A DNA stretch of 64,000 nucleotides from Tubiluchus corallicola (GCA_030141605.1 JAQGDQ010000553.1:1-64000), one strand, 5' to 3'; counted from the stretch's first letter, positions 11,235-53,910 are shown. The notes: generated by a model from the letters alone, not told the origin. Numbers and translations are program-made.

Positions 11235-12618
11235 AAAGTCACCGTAACAAAGTTAAGTACAAGTTTGCTGTAGTCCAGAACTTTTGTTTTCTTACGTGCA
11301 TAACAACACAGAAATAATAAATTATAATGATCAGATCTTATTTTTTAAATACATCTTGACAGTCCTCAGAAAACTTCTTACCATTCGTTGTGTTATTGCT
11401 GGTTTGCTAAATTAGATACTCCTGTTTTATGGATTAGAAATCAATGCTTTCTATGAACAAATATTTTTAAGTTGAGGTATCCATGCATTATCATAAGCCC
11501 ATTAACGTCTATTACAGGCACTGGGCAAAAATTCTAAAATAAATTCGCCTCAAAACAAATAAATACAGTAATTAATCCAGTGAAAGACTAGACCCTACTA
11601 TGTCAGTGGCTTCTCAACATAAAATATTTTTTTAGAAAAAACATTCTAGGGAAGCCTTTGCCAATAGAAAATTCTTTTCTGAAGTTTTTTTCTAGGAAAA
11701 TGATTTTCCGGAAAGTGGTAGAATATTCAGACTCGTTGCCATGCGGTTTACATTAAAATACGAAAACAGAAAAAATAGAAAAAAGCCACAACCAGAAAAA
11801 CATATACTACCAAATAACAAGAAACACATCATTATGTACTAATTGTTTGCCAAATTATCTTAAATTGATCTTTGGTGCACGACTCATACGGTTGATTAAT
11901 TAGAAATAATAACTGCGTGATGGCATTGGGCCTATTTATCTGAAAGATACGCATGTCGCCTGACGAAACTATTTATCTCGCTTTACTGCTTTGATTTGTT
12001 TGGATTGAATTATTACTCGAGGTGCAAGATAATGAAATAGAAGTGCTTCGGTCAACCCTTCCGTCGTAATAAGTAACTGTCGTTACTAATAATCATTATC
12101 AGCCTTACTACTGCCACAAAATGGTGCAACTAATGTTTATGGCTACAACGTTGTACTTATGTAGAAAACGCATTTATTATATTAAAATAATTAGCCCTTT
12201 ATTTTAATTGTATATAGGCGTGTGTAACCCCACTTTTATGTAGGCTCACTTTTATAAATTAATATCAAATTAACTTATGTTTTCTGTGTCAATTCAAGTG
12301 TTGCTTTTTCACAACAAATTTCTTTAGCATTCTGGATGGCATGTAGCTACTTCTATTAAATTTTTCCATAAAGTTATTCCTTCAAACACTCGACAGTTGA
12401 TAAGTTAAAAAAGGTTTGCTCGAGTAATACTTTTTAGCATCATTCTCATTCTCCTAAAACATAGAGTACACCATCTCAGCTAATGAAATCCCCCAACTGA
12501 AAGAATGCGCAGAGATATGAAGAGCAATGCAAAAGAACTTCAAAGTTCTATTGATATATTAAAGCACGCTGAATTAAGTGCTGAATGACAATAGGTTTTT
12601 CTTTTTGTCTGTGAGCCA

Positions 12619-13250
12619 TTAGTCATTTGTGGTGCTTGTAAAAAGTGATGCTTTGAAGGTGTATAAGCTTACACAAAAGAATACAATAAAAGGTTGTAAG
12701 CTCTTAAGTCGCACTTTCGCTGAAGACATAGTCGTCAGTAACAAAGTCGTCAGTGCTCTATGAAGACGTAAATTATAAGCTTCTGAAAATTCTTCTCTTT
12801 GAATATTAAATTTGTGTAACTGTTCATCGGTCAGCGTATTTGGGTACGTTTTGTCAAAGATTTTTGTGTGACTGTCCAACTTCCCATAACCTTGGTTTTG
12901 CAGGTCTCTCAGAATAGAAACTATTTCATCAGTCGCTAACTTTTTCTGTTGGTTTTGCTTGTACTGTTTCATTACACATGGCTTTATACACAGTAAACAG
13001 TTCCCTAACTTCCTTTAACTTTCGGAAAATGTTAACTTGCGGAAATTCAAACCAATTTGCCTGATTTCATGGTCATTTTTTAAAACTTAAAACAACAGAT
13101 GAAAAAGACTCCACCAAAGAGCAAGACAGCTTAATATTGGTAAATTTTGTGCTGTTTGCTCCGATACCGTTTCACCTTTTGTTGTGCATTAGGGTATCAT
13201 CGTTTTCCCAGCAAAATATTCCTTTTTTCTTCAAAATCCCATTCAGTCTA
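12619..13250 (-). pseudogene. Intronless degraded coding relic of unknown, possibly mobile-element, origin
   Basis: 117-aa ORF (…DEIVSILRDLQNQGYGKL…IFDKTYP…KFNIQREEFSEAYN) with frameshifted upstream pieces (AVLLFGGVFF, NWFEFPQVNIFRKLKEVRELF). Confidence 0.35.
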
Positions 13251-13259
13251 TTGTAGACA

Positions 13260-13680
13260 TTGAGGTGTTACCATTCATTAGAGCATTCCACCCACTTCTA
13301 TTTTCAGCTAACAGCATAAGTTCTTCTGCTGCTAAAGCTAGGTTTGGTTGAAGTTGTTGAACATCTTTATTTACCTTAGCTACTCAAGTTGATTTTTGGT
13401 TTGCGTGGACGTTTTTGCCACGTTTTAAGACTTCCTTTAAAGCGATTCTTACTGGTGTTTCACTTGGTGTCTGAAAAGGTGACTTAGCCACACTTTTGAC
13501 TTTCGGGGCTTGAGTTTTCAAATGCTAGGAATTTCTTTCGTTCTTCATTTTTGATTATGTACGGCCATCTTATCTTTAACACTTTATTAGAAGATTTCTA
13601 TCAAACGTGTCATATTGCTTTTCTTGAGTAATCATTAAACCCCATGTTTCACTGTTGTTCATAAATAAATATACTAGTAA
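13260..13680 (-). mobile_element. RTE-type LINE ORF C-terminal fragment (degenerate)
   Basis: Reads LFMNNSETWGL...FDRNLL, KVLKIRWPYIIKNEE, SETPVRIALKEVLK and LAENRSGWNAL. These parallel the RTE fragment at 62539-62991. Confidence 0.75.
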
Positions 13681-14907
13681 CGTATGCATTAAATAATCAA
13701 AGCCTTGTGTTAAATATCATCATCATCATCACATGCCCATTTCGTATATTGTAGAAATAAAAGCAATCTGCCCTTGAGACAGGTAAACACAGCAGTTAAT
13801 CCAGCAAAAAGCTAGACACTGCTATGCCAGTGACTTGTCAGCACCACTTCCGATACAAAGATGAATATACTCCGCAAATCACTGAACACATCCATCGAAT
13901 CAAATCAAATCATTTGTTGCTTTTCTCACATGCATGTAACTAAAGTATATCGCTAAATAAAGGCTTACTGGCTAGCAATTGAATTAACTGGCTGATGGAG
14001 AGAAGTACTGACTCAATAACTTACTGGTCGAATGATAATTTTACTCGCTGACTGACTAACTGGCTGGCTCCTTGACTGGCTGGCTATAGTTGACCCACTG
14101 TCTGACTGACGAACGAGGAAACAAACGAACCAACCAACCTTGCCGCCCAACTTCAACTTATGAAGTTAGGGTGAGGGTTGGAAAATAGGCGTCTTAATAT
14201 AGGCTAGAAAAGTAGCCGTTTGCTAAAGGTAATGATTTGTGTCCAAGTATAACCCACAATTAAGGATAATTGTGAAACTGACGACTTTATTAACATTCAT
14301 AAGCGATAGTGAGATTTTAGTGCAGTTAGCAACTTTTCGCATTGTTAGCAATCCTTTAGCAGCAAAAAATCAGTTTTTGTTTTGCTAACACTATTAGCAG
14401 TTTTTATCATGGTTATCATGCATTAGCATATTTAGAGCAGTTTCGTTTAATTAGCAAGCATAGGCGGCTATAGACTATTTAAAATTATTATCATTGTTAT
14501 TAAAAAACTGTGAGTATTATGGTTCGTTCTGTTAGTGTGGCTAGTATTACTATTACAGTTTGAAAAGGGAAACACTTTCGATCTAGCCTGGGTGAACGTT
14601 CAGCCGGTATATCCTGCCATATCAGCTTCTCAAACGCCCTAACTGACCAACTGTACGAGTAACTGCGGTCAACCAGATTGGTCTTAAATCGTCAATGCGT
14701 CACAGTTCGTCGTGTACCACTGTACACGTTGTGTGGCGGTCGTAAATAAACCTGCGATTCGCTTTTCATGTTCGGGAAGTCGTGCTTGTAAAAGATGTCA
14801 GCCCCGTTTGTCTTGCACTGATTTGGTTGTGAATATTTTGCATTAATGATTACCTAAATGTGCGAAAATAGCATTCATTTGCGCTTTGGCTACACTAAAA
14901 TATCGTG

Positions 14908-17900
14908 ATGGGAGTAACTCAGGAGCAGATAAAAAACCTCATCCATGTTCATTATATTGGAAATATCATTTTGGCTATCATATTTTTTATTCTAAGAACG
15001 GTACCCCCTATGTGTCGGGCTGTTTTCCCAGCTTCTGAAACGGTGTGCTCTTTAGATTGGGTAATTTCCATTAACACTTTTACTGTCATCGTGTAGCTGT
15101 GTCATTTTAAATTAACATAATCGAGTCAACCTACTTAATAACATGGTTGTGAAAAGACCAGATAAAGTCACATCCTTTAAAATAAAAATGAGGTGTTGAA
15201 CTGGCAGAAGGATCCTTATAGGCTGTCCACGCGGTCATTCTAAACACAGTCCTGTGTCTAGTTTGTCATTGTTGAAGGACCATATGGATGCACACACTGG
15301 CCGTCAAATTGGAATGGCATCATTCAAGTTTGACAATATCAAATACGTCTTATATTTCGTCAGAGTTGGTTCGTCATTCTTGGAATGAACAGCCAATAAT
15401 AATGCACCCTGGTGACTCAGCTAAAAGTGCCAATTTACAGTGGACACCAAACTGTGCACCTTCTGTCAGTAAACACAGTGAATTAATAGCAAAAATTGTC
15501 AGTATTTTATATGTGAGTGCAAACTTTGCTTGTATGACTATATGAAGGTGAAGACGGGAGTAGATAATATACAGTAGATTCTTTATACTTATACAGGGAA
15601 ATGTGCAGATACTTGCACTTCTGTTATATAGACTAATTTGCAAAAACACAAGCTATCGTAATTTGACAATCAGGTCCTACTCTTTCTGCATTAGAGAAGA
15701 AAATTTGTCAATCAAATGTAGCCAATAGGGCTGTCACGTTTACATATGTAAACACGAGCATTTAGTTTAATTACTCTCTAAACATTTATGGATTTCTGTA
15801 AACGATAAATAGTTGGCATAAACTTATTTCTTTAGTGACCTAGGCAGTAATAATTGAATCATTTGCTTTTCTTAAAAAGAATATGTACACTAATTAGTCA
15901 ATTAATCGCTTTTAGCTCCTGAAATATTTCTTGCTTCATTTCTTTGCCGCAATCAACTTTTTTACTCAAACGTTTTTTTTTCGTTTCAGCTCATTTTCCC
16001 TTTACAGCGCATGGTAAAATAAAGCTTGTTTTCATACAAACGCTTTGGCACTCTTTTTAGAAATAAAGAGAACACATTTTCAACATTTAGTTTTGTCCAA
16101 AGTAACTATACATGAAAATTGATCATGTGGACAGAGTTCAGTGTTTTGAATGTCATTCTTGTGAATGTCAGTGTCTTGACAGTCAGTATCTAAAGTGTGA
16201 ACTATGCATTAGCCATATTCAAGTGTATATCATTCTTCCTCAATAAGATGTATAGCGTATGAAATTGTCCAGAAGCAGTTTTCCTTATCACTCTATTGTT
16301 TACTGACCAGACTTAGGAGCTCTTAACTTCAGACGCTAAGTAACACCACTCATCCATACTAATATGTAGTATCATTTATGTATAATATATCAGAATTCTT
16401 TATTTTGTCTCTGGCAAGTTGAACCTAAAGGCATTTGCATGAAATAAAGTGCTAATCAAATTTAATACACTTTCGGTGGTAATTAAAAGAAATGGGCCTC
16501 ATACATTCGAAATTGATTGGCAAAGGCAAGATACCATATGTTCTGTAAATGTATGAGCTACAGAGACTTAGTCGTGTAACACTGAGTTTCAATCCATTCA
16601 AGCAGTGTTTCCACACAGCTGACGTATTATTAATTTCTTTACCAACTGTTCCTTAATCATTAGTGGGTAAACAGATATTTTGTTTTACTAGGTGTCGTGT
16701 TATTCTTTGCTTGGTTACGATTGATTTTGCTGATTGATTCTTTTTGCAGTCAGAATGGCAGATTTGTACATTCCTTGCTGTGATTGTTATTTTCAAAAAT
16801 AAAAAGCAAGGTAAGTTCGGCAGCTAAAAAAATTAATCATGGAACAGATATTAGTGAATTTTTACGCAAAACTCAAAAGTTTGATTCAAAAGTTTTCTTT
16901 GACTTATATCCATGCACTCTGCATGTTCTTGTTATAGAAGTGCCGTATAAAATCAGAACCTTCTACTTGTCATTAGCAGCATTTTAATTGTCTGCCATCC
17001 TAAAATTAATTGAAGCCAATTATGTAAATAAAATCCAAGTTTATTTCATATAAATATGCGATTAGTTAGTAGTTGATGATTCCTTAGCTTAGAAATAAAA
17101 TGTTTTGAAACAAATTACATGTTTAGTGAATACGTTTAATAATAATAATTTTTGGAGTGAAATCATGAGGCACTAATGTTACAGTAGCTTGTCTTGAATT
17201 TTTGAAACTACTGAAAATATGAACCTTGCACGAACTTAAGTAAGAGTGCCACTAGCCGAATCAATATATTTATACTTGTACTTGGAATTTGTTGTCATTC
17301 TTGAAAATTCCATTGATCTTTCCTTTAAAAACTAATCTTATGTTTATTATTTATCTTTATTAAGAGTTTTTTTTTACTTCAAATTTGATTCGAGCCTAGA
17401 ATTATAAATTTGAATAAATGCTCACAACAACTGTGTATGTTCTGTATCATTAAAATGTTGGAAACATCATGCAGTAGTACAATTTAGCTGAGATTTCTGC
17501 ATGCAATTTTTAAACAGAATATTACAGTTTTTGTGCAGAATAAAATTAAGTAATATGCATGACCTTTGTTAGACTTCTTTTTATTACCGATTTGAAAAAA
17601 ATATTCGAAATCCTTAAAACTGAATTTGTATTCAGTTCGGATTCGAAAATGCTGATATTCCGTTTGATTCGAGTTTGAAAGTTTGAAGGTCACAAATTCT
17701 ATTCGATTTCCCTTGTAATTTAATGTGGCGCAAAATTTATTTATATAGCGCACTACATCGTTTAAAATCTCAGCACACTGAACAATAAAATACATTTAAA
17801 ATTCATAAGAAACATAAGATTTAAAAATTTAAAATAATTCGTCACGAAAAGTATTCATCACATTTCGCTTTCTGGTTGAGAACGCTCCGCCTACTGACAA

Positions 17901-20900
17901 TAGTAGTAGTTATTATTGTAATTACTTATTTTACCATTATGATTTGCACATTTTTAACCACTTTCAGCAAACTGGGTTGCATATATCACCAATTCTTGCA
18001 TGTACAGCAAAATGGCTTCGCTGGTGCTTTTCTTCAGATACGATCCAAAGTATGCGATTATATATGGAATAATAGCCTTAGGTAAGTCTAAGAACAGTGC
18101 TGTGTGTGCATTATTTGTAATTTAGTACATTATACAAGTAGGTGACAGTACTGCCACCAAGGCTAGATTAGTATAGACTAGTATAGGCTGCAGCCTAGAG
18201 CCTCTCAAACTTTGGTAGCATTTGGTAAAAAATCTCTTTTTCACTGTTGCTGTATTGAAACGTGCTAATTTGGCTTGCATTAAATAGTAGCTGTTCTAGT
18301 TTATTTTTAAAGAATTTGAAATAACTTTGCTTCAAGCTATGTAAATGTCGTTAAAATATATCTCGCATAAAAATATTGAAGACAGGTGAGGGCAAGTTAG
18401 GCGGTGGCTTCGTTTGAAGAGGCCTCATTATTTCATTAGCCTCGGGACCAAAAAGATCATAATCCGGCCGTGGCTGCCATTTTCTTTTTTCCTGCATAAC
18501 TTATCAAGACGTGTGGTATACAGCTTCATCAACAACTAAGCCATTTCACCACAGAAACAGTCTATATCATTGTTACATTAGTATATATAACTCTGTATTG
18601 TAAAATATAGGCTCGAAAGCGGTGGTGACAAGCCACTGGCATAGTAGTGTTTAGTTTTTTACTGGCCTACTGCTGTGTTTAACTGTCTTGAGGGCAGTTT
18701 TCTTTTAGAATTCTGCCTGCCTCATGTCTACAGTAGACGTAATGGGTGTATGATAATGAAGATTGTGGTGAATATAAAAAAATATAATCGTACTTTGTAA
18801 TTTTTATTTTATGCAGTTTGGCACACTGCAATCCGGAATCCAACATTGATTAGCAAGGCCAATAAAATGGGCCCAGAAATAATTTTATGGGCGATCATCT
18901 ATCCGTTTACTAGCTAGGCCCATGTCTGTTCCCCTCGCATTTGCCCTTGATGCGATTTACAAGTTGTCAGTACTGTATGTTACTGAATTAGAAAAAACTG
19001 TGTCAAGAAATGGCTACTAAGCATCAGATATTACACAGAATTTATCTCTGTGCTATTACATTTAAATTTTGTCATTTTGCTGGCTTTACTTTATTAAAAA
19101 TATTGTTTTTCTGATGATGACTAGCAGTGTGTAACAGAAGAATTGTATTTTCCTAACAAAAAATTCAATAAAATTTATTATATAGTGTTGATTATGAAAA
19201 GGATATTATTCTTAAACACTTTACTGTTTTTGTATATTTATTTGCTTGTAAAACTTATGTTAGATTTGTTAGTTTGTAAATAAATAGTCATTTACTGATA
19301 ATTGCATTTCAAGAATATTTCATGTTTATTTACTTGCTGTACAAAGAAAAACTGGTTCAGTTCTTCTGACGTTCTTATAATGTTTTAATAATTGTTTGAC
19401 AGTGCATTTTGTTCTCTGTCCTGAGCCAACGTATCATGGTCCAGAGGAAATCACGTATTTCAGAGGACCACATCTAGAGGTAAGACCAAGAGATTGTGAT
19501 AGTGTTGCTTTCTCTTACTTATCTTAGAATTCTACTATAATCTAGTAGTAAATCATATTAATTATAATATTAACACTGTGTTGCATGAAAAAGTATTGGT
19601 AAACAAAGCTGAATTACCTCAACACCAAATTTATTATTTGTCACCACCAATTTAACACAACAAAAATTTAAGTTTCAATCATAGGTTAAAATTTATAGTC
19701 TGAGTTTTAGAAGTTGCAAAACCATTTAAATAGTGATTTACATTCATAAATTTTATTAGTCCATTTTAAAGAATTTATTATGGCGAACAAAAATCTATGC
19801 AAACATTTTGACCTTATTTTTCCGGGATTTGTTTTTGCACCTTTAGGATGAGATTCAGTCAGACACTCGGATTACCTGGCTTGTGTGCTTCTATGCTGCC
19901 TGGTCACCAGACTGTGTTTCATTTGCACCTGTGTTTGCCAGCATGTCTATTAAGTAGGATACTTCTAGACTTCTAGACACAACAGTAAAGATTTTTACAA
20001 GATAATTTTATAATGCATAAAAATGGGCAAATTTAGTTTTTTTTATATTGGTATAGTTCAGATTGATGATTATAGGAATTCTTGGAACTTTTTATTAAAA
20101 AAATTGATTTTATTTGTTCTCCCCACTTATTCACTCACTCATTCACGATCTTGTTATTTTACCAGATTACTGGAAAGGGAAGCAATAAGTCTGGAGGCTT
20201 TTGTGACAGATATGTCAAAACTTACATTAATTGATATAGAAATATTAGCTCACTAACTATACCGCTATCATTAAATTGTTATTTTATTTTCAGATACTCT
20301 TTACCAAACTTACGATTTGGAAAAATGGATGCGAGTCGTTATCAGACCTTAGCTGAGAGGTAGTCGTATTTTTAAACATCTTAGAAAAATTCCACGGATG
20401 AAATTTTGCAGTTAAGGCAGTGAACATCAACTAGTTTTGTCAGCAAACAAAAGTTTTTATTTTTAAAAGTGACTAGCTGACATGATAATTTGGCTGAGAT
20501 CACGCAACTGCTGTATTAAAACCTTTTCTGTCTTGTATATACAGCACCTTAAATGAATTATTTATTTACAAATTTGAAATTAATCTATTTCAGCTATTGT
20601 AGGCTGTAGTTCTGCTTGTTGTTTAAAACACTCACACACTGAAGGTGAATGCTGTAATGTAGTCGAATTGTTTGGAATTTCATTATTAAATGTTCTTTTT
20701 TCTTATTTGAGGACGCTATAATGGCACTATCATATACCCCTACCTCCTACCTACCCCTCGATATCATACCAATGTAGCTTTTTGTACCCTTTATTCTTCC
20801 TCCGCCCAAGGACAGGCCATAACATCATGTGTTAATTAATAGGAAACCATCAGTGGATTCTGCTTGTATTGGCGACAGTGGCAGTAGGCCCAATTCCCTG

Positions 20901-22864
20901 AACTCGTTTAATTCTTGTCGACCCATTCTGCAGTTTCCTCCACCTCACGGCCGATTACAACCAGCCATTTATTGCTCCACATCGCTACCAAATATACTGG
21001 ACGAGTTGGTTGTTCTCTTAATTGCACCACAGCCAGTGGCACATTCTGCTGCTTTGGGCATTGACGACAACATTTCAGGTGTGCCTTCGCTGATTTCTGA
21101 GATACATGATAAACGTGTGAAAAAATCGTGAAGTCAGATAACGATATCATGACTAAATCATCTACCTACCTTGCATTATAATGATGTTATCAAGTCCTTT
21201 ACCAAATATGTACCCTAAACTTTATATTGTTATATGTGGCTGACCCCCTAACTAGAGAAATCAACTTTCTGCGTGTCAATCCTGCCTTTTAGAAAAATTA
21301 TAAAATGTCATAACAGACTTATGATAACGTAAATTTGAACTGATTTTAATGAACCAGAGACTTCGGTTAGATCAATAATCTCTCATTCATTTAGTTCTGT
21401 TGTCTAGGTTACGCATAGATGTATCGGCGACAAGTAAGCAATTGCCCACAGTAATCCTTTTTCAAAGAGGAAAAGAACAGCGAAGGCGTCCGTACATTGA
21501 CGTGAATGGGAAAGTTACCCGGTTTGTGATGGCCGAGGTAAGCTCGAAACTTAGAAATACTAGATTAATCATTCATATTAATGCTTGGCACACGGATTCA
21601 ACAATAATGACATTATTTCTTGTGTTCAATATGAAGCAGTCAGTGACTATTAATTCAGGATTAATGAGCATTAGTGTGTGGAACCGGTAGTCTAATGGTT
21701 ACTTTGTAGAACTAACATTTCGAAAGTCTGTGGTTCAATTCCCAGTTTAAAATCAGTTTTTTTATGCGGTCTAATAATTATGGTTTTTCTAGCAGTTAAA
21801 AATTAATTAAAACCAGTTAAATGAAACATAATCCTGCCTTCCACATGTAAATAATTAACAAAATATCCAGCAATTCTTGGAGGAAAAATTCTTCTTAAAC
21901 TTCTCCAACTCGATTATAATTCAGAAACGACTGAAACAGGAGGTGTCGTCAATTTCTTCTAACTTGGTCCAATTTTAATTAAAATTCAGCCATTTAAATG
22001 CTCGCAATTGAAAAACGGGACTAGAAAAATATTTCGTGAGTATGCAATGTGTAAAGTCCTTAGCCTTTTAATCATCCTAACTTATGAAAGCACTGAAAAA
22101 ACAGCAGTGTAGCAAAGGGGGTCCCCAAGCGCAAGAGTAAGAGGGCGCAAAATACTACTACAGCAAAATTGCCTAGTCAGAGATCATCATAACTGATTTA
22201 ATTACTACTTAGAGCTTAGAAAAAAGACTAATGTTGTTACTTAGCAATGTATGTAGGATGCCACGTGCCTTAGCAGATCGATAATTTTGGGAGGAATAGT
22301 GGTGTTATTCTCTAAATGTCGGTTATATTATTGTGAAAACCTGTAGTGTTCTGTATCTTTCATAATTTTGCATGTTTTAACACTAGAGCCGGTTGTTTAA
22401 GGACTGTCACGTTACGTGCAACTGATGCATAGAAAAGAGTTATTCTGGTGCAGTACCGCAAATCAAACTCGGGGTGATTCTTAGAAAAAAATTCATACAT
22501 CTTTATCCCATCATTTGAAAAAGGAAAGTCGGGCTCAGTGACGCAAAAAACACACACCATTTGTGGCTTCACCACAAACAAATGAACAAAACATTAAAAG
22601 GTAGGGTGCCATAAATTTTTTTTCCCCGGGGTGCTACAAGCACTTGATATGCCGCTGAAGAACGTCAGTCTTCATCCGTTCCATTCACATAAATTTAACA
22701 TGATTTCTATACTTTTATTCTAGGAATATCTAGTTAAAGACCTCGACTTAGTAAACATATATGAAGAATGCAAGAAAAATCCATTGAAAATTAAGAAAAG
22801 CAAAGTTGCTGTTGGTGCGAAGTCTTCGGATACGAAACCAGCTACTGAAAAGAAAACCGACTAA
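14908..22864 (+). CDS. TMX2: Thioredoxin-related transmembrane protein 2 (8 coding exons, 282 aa)
   Basis: Exons: 14908-15060, 16750-16810, 17968-18081, 19403-19479, 19847-19953, 20294-20359, 21408-21537, 22724-22864. All introns are GT-AG and phase-compatible. Motifs: CSLDW, PTYHGPEEITYF, TWLVCFYAAWSPDC (SxxC), FGKMD, SKQLPTVILFQRGKEQRRRP, C-terminal KKTD. Confidence 0.95.
18158..18472 (+). mobile_element. hAT-like MITE (copy 1)
   Basis: Termini caaggctagatta / taatccggccgtg with imperfect 8-bp flanks actgccac / gctgccat. The internal sequence is shared with 58896-59273. Confidence 0.7.
22102..22657. mobile_element. Probable hAT-like non-autonomous element
   Basis: Imperfect termini cagcagtgta / tatgccgctg with GC-rich subterminal motifs (ggggtcccc, gggtgcc, ccccggggtgc). 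Confidence 0.4.
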
Positions 22865-23563
22865 AATGTTGAAAAGTGAAGTGATCCTTGGTTCAATGTT
22901 TCCCCAATGAAGGAAGGACAAAATTTGTAAATTTAATGTACATATTCTGCTCCAGCCAATTTCTCTTATTGTATGGATGAAAACATTTTCAATCATTTTT
23001 ACTTTACTGCTACATCTGTTTAATTATGTTACCTCTGTGAGTTTGAAATTATTTAAAATCTGGACCTAATTAACATTATTTGCATAATTAAATATAAACT
23101 TATTCTACAAGCATCAGTTGAAATGAAAAAGTTCATTTATTCATTGTACTGCTAAATTTATTTACAATTGTGAAAAATACAATAAAAATGATTTTTATAG
23201 CATAAACATATACACATTTACAATAAATGTCTTGCCACAAAACAAGTCAACTGGTTCCATTAAAGCATATGTAACGTAAAAATACACATTGCACAAAACA
23301 AGTTACCTACTGATAAGCTTAAAAGACACAATCAGGTTTTAATCTTCAACGTTGACTTTTTAAAATTTGCTTTGCTATTATAAACTGCATACAAATGTGT
23401 CTATTTGCAGTGTTCAACATAATTGTCAAAATTTTTCCCATCTGAAAACTTCAGTTTCATTTACAAACAAGGCATTCATTTATACACAGTTGAGTTAAGG
23501 CACATCAGTATGTTTCTTATGCCATTTTGCTTTTTATGCCGGTCTGTCGCTTTGTTAGTTTTA

Positions 23564-52434
<28,871 letters not shown>

Positions 52435-52618
52435 TCTTGATAAAGAAAAAAACGCAAATTAGATTAAACCTATTTATTTACACATATGCACGAAACACGT
52501 GTTTATAGTTCTATGTACTGTGAGCTTTCGCTGCAACCTAAACTGGCGTCATATCCTGTTCCTCTATAAACAAAATCATCTGAAAATTACGTGTTGGACG
52601 TTGTTTGCAATTTATTTT
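52435..52618. promoter_or_regulatory. Bidirectional promoter region between DHX37 and the PPM1E/F-like gene, with palindromic E-box AAACACGTGTTT (52493-52504)
   Basis: Divergent ATGs at 52434 (-) and 52619 (+). It also contains TGGCGTCA at about 52544 and TATAAA at 52565. Confidence 0.75.
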
Positions 52619-53910
52619 ATGGATTTTCGGAAATATTTGAAAGAATTTTGCATTTCGTTAGCAAAAGAAAATGCTATACCAGTACGGCTTCATGCACATT
52701 ATCTTTATAAACACGAGGTTGAGGGAGAATGCCTTGACTGGCTGTTACAATACCTTGAATTTAGGTAAGTGGTTTGTTTCAGAAGTTGCGCGCGCATCTG
52801 GGACGAAGATTGCTGCTAGGGGCTCAGAACTGCTTAGCAGTAGAAACCACGAGAAAGAGCATTTAACTGTAAAGAACAATATGTTAGTCTAGTATTGCTG
52901 TTGTTATTTGCAGGTCCGAGGGTCATGAATATTATGAAGCAGAGATGTGATCATGTTGAAATCTCAATGGATCTGGTGACATGACTCACTTCTCCAAGAA
53001 CTTAGTCGACTTTTGATTCGTAACAACAAGGAGTGGAAAGAATTTTAAAAAACATTAAAATTTTAATAAGAAATATGATAATGATTACAACATTATAAAT
53101 CCATTTATATCTACTTGGGATTTCTTTTAGACAATCATTTCCTAACACAATATATTATGTGCTAAAAGTCATTTCATTCACAGCATCCAATTAATTATTT
53201 ATAATCTTGCTTTCAAAATTTTGGTAAATTATGAAATGAGTCCACAATTCTTCACCTAAAAACATGAAATGTGAAAAGAATGTAATGTGTAAAATATTTT
53301 ACAAAGTTGTTCCAGACTCACAGGAATTTATAATTTAAATTCTGCTGGCTTTCTTCAATGTAGGTTTATCTTCAGCTTGTATTATGGTTACCTGTGGTTC
53401 AACTATGGGTTTATTTGATCAAAATGGACATTGATGTCAAAATTGTTAACAATAATTCTCCAGCATCTTTCTTCTTTTTAAATTAAATAATAATTAAGTT
53501 AATTGTTGTGAATTATGAAAAGTGATGTTTCTTTTCTTAATCATAGTGTGTATCTTGGATATCCTACAAAAAGGTCCAGACGCTTGTAAGTTAACTACCA
53601 CTGTTGAGTGCATTCACATTTCACAGTGCTGTGATATATGACTAGTAGCGGCCTTAGTGGATAGGTGGCTCTGATTGATAGTGTACTGCTAGGATAAGAT
53701 CTTGCATCTGTTTTCCCACTTTCCCATGTCAGATTGATAGCTCAAATGGTAGAGCCTGCGCCTTGTAATCAGAAGGTTTTCTGTTCAAAGGCTGATTAGC
53801 CCACAATTTTTTAGTGCCTGCCTTATTCTTCAGTTAACTGAGTCATTAGGTGAAGTATGTGCATACGTAAAACTCATGTTTAGCAGTTATATGTGGTACA
53901 TACATAGCTA

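Noticed and set aside
20829-21150. Overlapping 100-aa and 80-aa ORFs in TMX2 intron 6
   Set aside because: No recognisable motif, and they lie between Harbinger-like MITE pieces, so they are probably internal TE sequence.
53731-53803. Functional tRNA-Thr gene
   Set aside because: The T-arm/B box and acceptor stem are degenerate, and a related copy shares a non-tRNA tail, which fits a SINE.
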